64,000 nucleotides of DNA from Elusimicrobiota bacterium (lineage in GTDB: Bacteria > Elusimicrobiota > Elusimicrobia > UBA1565 > UBA9628), in the NCBI GenBank assembly GCA_016218545.1, contig JACRDQ010000030.1, positions 256,172 through 320,171 of the forward strand, read 5' to 3'. Shown here one piece after another: positions 56,956 to 64,000 of the stretch. Within the stretch, counting starts at the first letter, position 1; each line of letters starts with the position of its first letter. The position numbers and the translations under genes are program-made. The notes under the pieces were generated by a model. That model had not been told where the DNA came from. It did no database searches and saw only the letters and a program-made list of their open reading frames with translations.

Positions 56956-58145
56956 GGACGTCCTCCTTGGGGTAGGGCCGAGGGGCCCTCGGGGTCGGGC
57001 TGACGCGGAGCGGCCGGGACGGCCGCCGCCAGAGGGATCGTGAAGGAGAAGGTAGCACCCGCCCCGGGATGGGACTCCGCCCAGATGCGGCCGCCGTGCA
57101 GCTCGACGAGCGAGCGGCAGATGTTGAGGCCCAAGCCGAGGCCCTTGTTCTGCTGCCGGTCGGCGTCCTCCTGATAGAAGCGGTCGAAGACGTGCGGCAG
57201 GCCCTCGGGAGAGATGCCCTTTCCCGTGTCGCGCACCTGGAAGCGCGCGAAGGCGCCCTCGCGGCACAGCGAGATGGTCACCGAGCCGCCTTCGGGGGTG
57301 AACTTCATGGCGTTGCCCACGAGGTTGGCGAGGATCTGGTGGAGGCGGCCGTCGTCGGCCCGCACGGTCAGGCCTTCCCCGGCCCGGGCGTCGAGCTGCA
57401 GCTCGATGCCGCGGCGGCCGGCCTCGAGCTTGGAGTTCTCGAAGGCGTCGCGGACCGCGCGGGCCGCGGAGAGCTCGCCGCGGTCGAGCTCGACCTTGTG
57501 CTGCGCCAGCCGGGTGGACTCGAGGAGCTCCTCGAGGAGCACGGAGAGCCGCTCCGCGTTCCTGTTGATGGACTCGAGGTTGCGGCGGAGCTCCGCGGGG
57601 TTCTGGTCCTCGGCCTTCTGCCTCAGGAGGAAGGTGCTGTAGCCGTAGACCACGGTGAGGGGGTTCTTGAGCTCGTGCGAGGCGTCCTGGATGAGCTGGG
57701 TCTTGGCCTCGAGCTGGCGCTGGACCTTCTCGAGCATGGAGGTCTTCTGCAGCAGGGCCTTGTTGAGGCGGAAGTGCTCCATGCCGCGGCGGACGGCGGC
57801 GAGCATGGCCTCGGTGTGCACGGGTTTGTTGATGTAGTCGTAGACGCCCTCGCGCAGGGCCTCCATCGCGGAGTCCACCGAGCCGTGGGCCGTGACGATG
57901 AGGCCCACGGTCGTGGGGTCGGCCTTGCGCGCGGCCGCGAGCACGTCGAGGCCCGACATGTCCGGGAGGCGCAGGTCCGCGAGGACCATGCACAGGCGCG
58001 ATTGGGCGATGAGGCGGCAGGCCGCGGTCCCCGTCGAGGCGGAGAGGAGCTCGCAGCCTAGGGGCTTCAAGGCGGCGCGGAGGTACTTGAGGAACTCCTC
58101 ATCGTCGTCGACGATGAGCAGGGTCTCGGCTGAGTCGGCGTTCAT
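56952..58145 (-). CDS. Cytoplasmic hybrid protein: N-terminal receiver domain followed by HisKA and HATPase_c
   Basis: REC: LLIVDDDEEFL..MVLADLRLPDMSGLDV..NKP. H-box ASHELKNPLT. N/G boxes NLVGNAMKFT, DTGKGI, GLGLGL. No TM segment. Confidence 0.8.
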   Translation of the reverse strand: MNADSAETLLIVDDDEEFLKYLRAALKPLGCELLSASTGTAACRLIAQSRLCMVLADLRLPDMSGLDVLAAARKADPTTVGLIVTAHGSVDSAMEALREGVYDYINKPVHTEAMLAAVRRGMEHFRLNKALLQKTSMLEKVQRQLEAKTQLIQDASHELKNPLTVVYGYSTFLLRQKAEDQNPAELRRNLESINRNAERLSVLLEELLESTRLAQHKVELDRGELSAARAVRDAFENSKLEAGRRGIELQLDARAGEGLTVRADDGRLHQILANLVGNAMKFTPEGGSVTISLCREGAFARFQVRDTGKGISPEGLPHVFDRFYQEDADRQQNKGLGLGLNICRSLVELHGGRIWAESHPGAGATFSFTIPLAAAVPAAPRQPDPEGPSALPQGGRP

Positions 58146-58267
58146 CTTCAGCAGTAGTGTGGGTCCCCTGACCCTCCCGCGACAGGGCCCATGGGCCCAG
58201 GAGCGGGTGGGACTTTGGTCCCAGGACCCCATCTTACCATATCCCGGGGCCGATGTTGTATAATCAT

Positions 58268-58293
58268 CCGCCGCCTCGTCCCGGCGGCGGACG
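58268..58293 (-). terminator. Stem-loop ccgccgcc/ggcggcgg immediately downstream of the GT9 gene stop, followed by an A/U-rich tract on the minus strand
   Basis: A perfect 8-bp GC stem with a 7-8-nt loop, then auGAUUAUACAACAU. Confidence 0.3.
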
Positions 58294-59331
58294 TCAGGCC
58301 GCGGGCGGGCGGAGGCCGTCGAGGACCGTCCGGAGCGCGGTGAAGGCGTCGTCGACGGAGACGCTCCGGCAGGAGTCCCAGGCCGCCGCGACCAGGCCCG
58401 TGTGCGCCGGCCCTCGCGGCCTCCAGACCTTGTCGGCGTAGCCGGAGTAGAACCCGAAGGTCGGGGTCCCGACGGCGGCGGCCAGGTGCATCGTCCCGGT
58501 GCAGTTGACGACGGCCAGGTCGAATCTGGCCAGCACGGCGGCCGTCACGCCGATGGGGCCGGGGGCGACGAGAGGGACGGCGGCGCCGGTCAGGGCGAGG
58601 ATCTCCCGGACCCGGGCCTCCTCGCCGGGGCCGGCGAGGAAGACGGGACGGACGTCAGGTTCTTTGAGCAGGCGACGGGTCAGGGCCGCGAACTTCTCCT
58701 CCGGCCAGCGGTGGTCGTATTTCTTGAAGTTGCCCGGATGGATGAGGACGTTGCGCTTGTCGGGCAGGACGCCGGCTTCCATCAGCAGCCAGCCGGCGGC
58801 CTTCTCGTGCTCGGGGCGCAGGACCAGCTCGGTCCGATCCTCGAAGACGCCGCCGAACGCCGAAGCGAGGCGGCGGTAGCGGTCGAGCATGTGCTCGGAC
58901 TCCCCGGCCGGGGCGACCTGCCGGGTGAAGGCGGCGTCGAGCCTTCCCTTGCGCAAGGAGAGCTTCTCGGTCGCCCGGGCGAGGAAGGCCAGGGCCGCCG
59001 AGGTCCTGGAGAAGGACGGGTTGAGGTCGATGAGCAGGTCCCAGCGCCGGCCCAGCAGGGAGGCGGCCAGCCGGGCCGTGGCGAGGGGACGGGCGAGGCC
59101 GCCGTGGACCGCGACCTCGTCGACGAAGGGGATGAGACGGGCTGTGTCGGCGCAGCGTTCGCCGACGACGAGCAGGATGCGGGCGCCCGGATGGGCCCGC
59201 CGGAGGGAGCGCAGGACGGGAGTCGAGATGATGAGGTCTCCCACCCTGCCGAGCCAGAGGGCCGCGGCGCTCCGGACTTGCGCCGAGGGCGCAGGGGCCG
59301 AGGCCCCCGAAGACGCGCCGATTCCGTGCAT
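58294..59331 (-). CDS. Glycosyltransferase family 9 (heptosyltransferase-like)
   Basis: GDLIISTPVLRSLRRAHPGARILLVVG is the GT9 N-terminal signature. Start MHGIGASS. Only 16 bp separate it from the divergent efp start. Confidence 0.7.
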   Translation of the reverse strand: MHGIGASSGASAPAPSAQVRSAAALWLGRVGDLIISTPVLRSLRRAHPGARILLVVGERCADTARLIPFVDEVAVHGGLARPLATARLAASLLGRRWDLLIDLNPSFSRTSAALAFLARATEKLSLRKGRLDAAFTRQVAPAGESEHMLDRYRRLASAFGGVFEDRTELVLRPEHEKAAGWLLMEAGVLPDKRNVLIHPGNFKKYDHRWPEEKFAALTRRLLKEPDVRPVFLAGPGEEARVREILALTGAAVPLVAPGPIGVTAAVLARFDLAVVNCTGTMHLAAAVGTPTFGFYSGYADKVWRPRGPAHTGLVAAAWDSCRSVSVDDAFTALRTVLDGLRPPAA

Positions 59332-59347
59332 GGGGTGATTGTAACAA

Positions 59348-59911
59348 ATGATAACGACAGCTGAATTGAAGCCGGGGGTGGTCATCGAGGATGCGGGAGA
59401 GTGGCTGGAGGTCCTCCACGCGCAGCACCACCGCAAGTCCCAGGCCGCGGCCGTCTATCGCGCCACCCTGCGGAACCTCAACACCGGGGGCGTGGTGGAG
59501 CGGTCCTATTCCTCGGGCACCAAGTTCAAGGAGATCCCGGTCAACCGCCGGGAGAAGTCCTACATCTACGACGAGGGCGAGAACGGCGTGTTCATGGACC
59601 TCGAGACCTACGAGCAGGTGTCTTTCCCCAAGAAGAAGCTGGGAGAGCAGGCGCGCTTCCTCAAGGAGAACCTGCAGGTCCTGGGGGTCTACATCAACAA
59701 CGTGCTCGCCGCCATCGAGCTTCCGGCCAACGTGGTGCTCGTCGTGACCTCCACGGTCCCGGGCGTCAAGGGAGACTCGGTCTCGAACATGGTCAAGCCC
59801 GCGACCCTCGACACGGGCCTGGAGATCAACGTCCCGCTCTTCATCAAGGAGGGGGACAAGATCAGGGTGGACACCCGGACCTGCCAGTACGTCGAGAGGG
59901 TCAGAGAATAA
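59348..59911 (+). CDS. efp: Elongation factor P
   Basis: 187 aa. KPATLDTGLEINVPLF..VDTRTCQYVERV. Confidence 0.9.
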   Translation: MITTAELKPGVVIEDAGEWLEVLHAQHHRKSQAAAVYRATLRNLNTGGVVERSYSSGTKFKEIPVNRREKSYIYDEGENGVFMDLETYEQVSFPKKKLGEQARFLKENLQVLGVYINNVLAAIELPANVVLVVTSTVPGVKGDSVSNMVKPATLDTGLEINVPLFIKEGDKIRVDTRTCQYVERVRE

Positions 59912-59915
59912 GGCC

Positions 59916-60611
59916 GTGATCAAGGCCGTCATCTTCGACGTCGACAACACGCTCACCGACTTCATGAAGACGAAGCGGGCGGCCGTGGATTCGGCCGTGG
60001 ACGCCATGATCGGCGCGGGCCTGCGGGTCGAGAAGGCCTCCATGGTCGAGAAGGTCTTCGAGATCTACTGGAAGGACGGGGTCGAGGACCAGCGCATCCT
60101 CGACAAGGTCCTCCTCAAGGAGCTCGGCCGCATCGACTACAAGATCCTCGCGGCCGGCATCCTCGGCTACCGCCGCGCCAAGTCGGGCTCCATGACCCTC
60201 TACCCCAAAGTCGAGATGACCTTGATCGAGCTCACGCGCATGGGCGTCCGGATGGGGGCCCTCTCGGACGCTCCGAGGCTGGAGGCCTGGCTGAGGGTGG
60301 TGGGCCTCGGCCTGCACCATTTCTTCGAGCACGTGGTGACCGCCGAGGACGCGGGCGCGCGCAAGCCCGCGCCCGAGCCCTTCCGCAAGGCCCTCGAGCT
60401 CCTGGGCTCCAAGCCCTCCGAGACCCTCATGGTCGGAGACTGGGCGGAGCGCGACGTGGCCGGGGCCAAGAGGCTGGGCATCCGCACCGCCTGGGCCAAG
60501 TACGGGGACACCCACGACACCCAGGACTCGGGGGCCGAGTTCGTGCTCCAGGACATCCACGGGCTCGTGGACATCATCCGCAGGGAGAACGGCGCCCGCG
60601 CCAAGGTATGA
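59916..60611 (+). CDS. HAD-superfamily hydrolase
   Basis: GTG start. VIFDVDNTLTDF is HAD motif I. MVGDWAERDVAGAKRLG is motif IV. Confidence 0.7.
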   Translation: MIKAVIFDVDNTLTDFMKTKRAAVDSAVDAMIGAGLRVEKASMVEKVFEIYWKDGVEDQRILDKVLLKELGRIDYKILAAGILGYRRAKSGSMTLYPKVEMTLIELTRMGVRMGALSDAPRLEAWLRVVGLGLHHFFEHVVTAEDAGARKPAPEPFRKALELLGSKPSETLMVGDWAERDVAGAKRLGIRTAWAKYGDTHDTQDSGAEFVLQDIHGLVDIIRRENGARAKV

Positions 60612-62221
60612 GGTCTGCTTCAGCGGTGTGGTGGGCGTGCGTCGTCTCAGCCGTGCTTCCGAGCCTTTCCTGGGCCATCCGCGTCGAGACCCTGACCGGG
60701 GTCCTGGCGGACGGGAGGCCCGTGGAGGTCGTGGCCGGCCAGGTCCTGGTGCGCTTCTCCACGGCCGCGGCTCACGCCCAGGCCCGGGCCGCGGCGCTCG
60801 AGAGCAGGGGCGGCCGCGACCGCGGGAGCGTGGGCGGGACGGATTGGGCCCTCGTGGACCTGCCTCCGGGCATGAAGGTCAGCGAGGGTCTGGGCTGGGT
60901 CAAGGCCCTGCCTGGCGCGCTCGCAGCGGAGCCCAACCATGTCATGCGGCCCAACAGGACCCCCAACGACCCGATCGTCTCCTCGCAGTGGGCCCTGAGG
61001 GCGGTCAATGCCTTCGGAGCGTGGGAGTATGAGACAGGAGGCTCCTCCCGGGTCACGGTCGCGGTCATCGACGCGGGCATCGACGCTGTCCATCCCGACC
61101 TGAGCGGCAAGCTCGTGGGCACGAGCCGCTTCTACGACCCTGACCTGGGCGACGGGGACCAGAGCGGGGTCAACCAGCCTCCGACTCCTGCCTGCAACCA
61201 CGCCACCCGCGTGGCGGGCGTGGCAGGCGCCTCCTCGGACAACGGGCTGGGCATCGCGGGCATGTCCTGGGGCGCGGGGCTGCTGTCCCTCAAGGTCTTC
61301 GAGGACAACGACTGCGACCTCACCGACTCCGGGTGCGGGCTCAGCGGGTGCGCCACCTCGATCGCGGCCGTGGTCGCCGCCCTCAACTACGCCAGGACCC
61401 TCCACAACACCGCGGCCATCGGCAAGATCGTGGTGAACATGAGCATCGGCGACGCCGTGACTTGTCCCGGGGCCCTGCAGGCCGGCGTCACCGACGCGGT
61501 CAACGACGGGCTCCTCCTCGTGGCCTCGGCCGGCAACGACGGCAGCGGCGTGATGTCTCCGGCCAACTGCACGGGAGTCATGCCCGTGGGAGCCACGGAC
61601 GAGAACAACGCGGTCGCTTCCTTCTCCTCGCGCGGCTCGGCCATGGCTTCCTACGGCCTGGTGGCCCCGGGCGTGATCGTGGTGACCTCGACCTTGGGCG
61701 ACACCTACGCGGGCGCGACCGGCACTTCCTTCTCCGCTCCCATGGTATCGGGCGCCGCTGCCCTGGTCTGGTCCGCCAGGCCGGAGTTCACGGCGGAGCA
61801 GGTCAAGCAGACCCTGAGGCTTTCCGCGGACAACATCGGCGCCATGGGGTTGGCGAGCGTCGGGTCACGGGTCATGGGCGATGCGAGCGGGGCAGGCAGG
61901 CTCAACGCCTTCCGGGCCATGCGCCTGGCCGTGAGAGGCACGCTCGCGGACTTCGAAGGCGACGCCAAGGCCATCGCGTTCCCGAACCCCTTCCGTCCCG
62001 GGGCCGACGGCCAGACGACCCTCACGGTCCCGCTCGAGGTCCAGGGGAGCCGGCTTTCCATCAAGGTCTACGACGCGGCCGGCAGGCTCGTGCGGGAGTT
62101 GAGCTCCACGAGCTGGGACGGCAAGAACACCGCGGGCGCGCGGGTGGCCTCCGGGGTCTACACCTTCTTCGTGAGCACGGACAAGGGCTCGGCCCTGGGC
62201 CGGCTGACCGTGGTCCGCTAG
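60608..62221 (+). CDS. Secreted subtilisin-like serine protease (peptidase S8) with a C-terminal beta-sandwich sorting-like domain
   Basis: Asp: VAVIDAGID. His: NHATRVAG. Ser: GTSFSAPMVSGAAAL. The C-terminus FPNPFRPG..GVYTFFV resembles FlgD-Ig/T9SS-type tails. Confidence 0.85.
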   Translation: MRSASAVWWACVVSAVLPSLSWAIRVETLTGVLADGRPVEVVAGQVLVRFSTAAAHAQARAAALESRGGRDRGSVGGTDWALVDLPPGMKVSEGLGWVKALPGALAAEPNHVMRPNRTPNDPIVSSQWALRAVNAFGAWEYETGGSSRVTVAVIDAGIDAVHPDLSGKLVGTSRFYDPDLGDGDQSGVNQPPTPACNHATRVAGVAGASSDNGLGIAGMSWGAGLLSLKVFEDNDCDLTDSGCGLSGCATSIAAVVAALNYARTLHNTAAIGKIVVNMSIGDAVTCPGALQAGVTDAVNDGLLLVASAGNDGSGVMSPANCTGVMPVGATDENNAVASFSSRGSAMASYGLVAPGVIVVTSTLGDTYAGATGTSFSAPMVSGAAALVWSARPEFTAEQVKQTLRLSADNIGAMGLASVGSRVMGDASGAGRLNAFRAMRLAVRGTLADFEGDAKAIAFPNPFRPGADGQTTLTVPLEVQGSRLSIKVYDAAGRLVRELSSTSWDGKNTAGARVASGVYTFFVSTDKGSALGRLTVVR

Positions 62222-62568
62222 TGGAGGCCTTCGACGCTGCCCGCGGCCGCACCGTGGCCTCCCGGGTCGTCAAGGCCGAGGCCCTCCTCGACCGCATGCG
62301 AGGCCTGCTGGGCAAAGACTCCCTTCCCGAGGGCGAGGGGCTCTGGATCATCCCCTGCCCTCAGATCCACACCTTCTTCATGCGCTTTCCCATCGACGTC
62401 CTCTTCCTCGACCGCGGCCTCAAGGTCGTGCTGGTCAAGGAGCGCCTCGGGCCCTGGCGGCTTGCGCCCTGGCTGCCGTGGACCTGCGACGCGCACAGCG
62501 TGCTCGAGCTGGCGGCCGGGGCGCTCAGGGGCTCGGTCGAGGTCGGCGACCGGCTGGAGTTCCGCTGA
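62221..62568 (+). CDS. DUF192 (COG1430) family protein
   Basis: LWIIPCPQIHTFFMRFPIDVLFLDRGLKVV matches the DUF192 core. The GTG start overlaps the S8 stop (TAGTG). Confidence 0.55.
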   Translation: MEAFDAARGRTVASRVVKAEALLDRMRGLLGKDSLPEGEGLWIIPCPQIHTFFMRFPIDVLFLDRGLKVVLVKERLGPWRLAPWLPWTCDAHSVLELAAGALRGSVEVGDRLEFR

Positions 62569-62589
62569 CGGCTTGCGACATTGAACCGG

Positions 62590-62611
62590 CGAGGCGTTTT
62601 TTAGTAAGAAA
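62590..62611 (+). terminator. Possible operon end: a GC-rich segment followed by a T6 run
   Basis: ccggcgaggcgttttttag lies downstream of the DUF192 stop. No convincing stem. Confidence 0.2.
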
Positions 62612-62671
62612 TGTAAGATAAGGGCCGGGCCGCCCCTCGGGGCGGCTCCAGCGGGCCCAGGGAGAGCCAGT

Positions 62672-64000
<1,329 letters not shown>

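Overview
This is a 64-kb, high-GC (about 68-70%) bacterial chromosomal segment with dense coding on both strands. I found no rRNA, tRNA, CRISPR array or recognisable mobile element. The high GC creates many long spurious ORFs antisense to the real genes.

Housekeeping genes I recognise include lgt (C-terminal fragment at the window start), an RluA-family pseudouridine synthase, kbl, speA, era, nusB, ligA, purH, hemW, valS, murC, rsmA/ksgA, efp and mltA.

The accessory content is mostly signalling and envelope genes:
- an OmpR regulator, a REC-GspE/PilB ATPase fusion, a TPR protein and a PAS histidine kinase in one operon;
- a MEDS-domain protein;
- an FHA-adenylate cyclase followed by three paralogous TPR ectodomain proteins, the third fused to a Hanks-type Ser/Thr kinase, then an S10-like carboxypeptidase;
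- a caspase-like/FGE-sulfatase fusion and an RdgB-TPR in-frame fusion;
- several GT-C-type membrane glycosyltransferases and a Wzy-like ligase with TPR;
- an S8 subtilase, and a second GspE/PilB ATPase running off the 3' edge.

The standout is a seven-gene, translationally coupled operon at 15840-21226. In order it encodes a polyprenyl-diphosphate synthase, a PqqD-like peptide chaperone, a radical-SAM enzyme, a UbiA-family prenyltransferase, a second radical-SAM enzyme, a 41-aa ORF with a good ribosome-binding site, and a third radical-SAM enzyme. The small ORF reads MRDKKNVTDGKAKADKKPVWQTPSLEEVTERVMAQPYIRFT and carries PqqA-like KKP / EVT / Tyr elements. Its stop overlaps the GTG start of the third radical-SAM gene. 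This looks like an undescribed RiPP or peptide-derived, possibly prenylated, cofactor pathway.

Other oddities: a perfect 54-bp tandem duplication inside the histidine kinase linker, a roughly 185-bp long inverted repeat between convergent genes, two apparently leaderless genes preceded by TGnTATAAT extended -10 boxes, and a roughly 490-bp non-coding gap.
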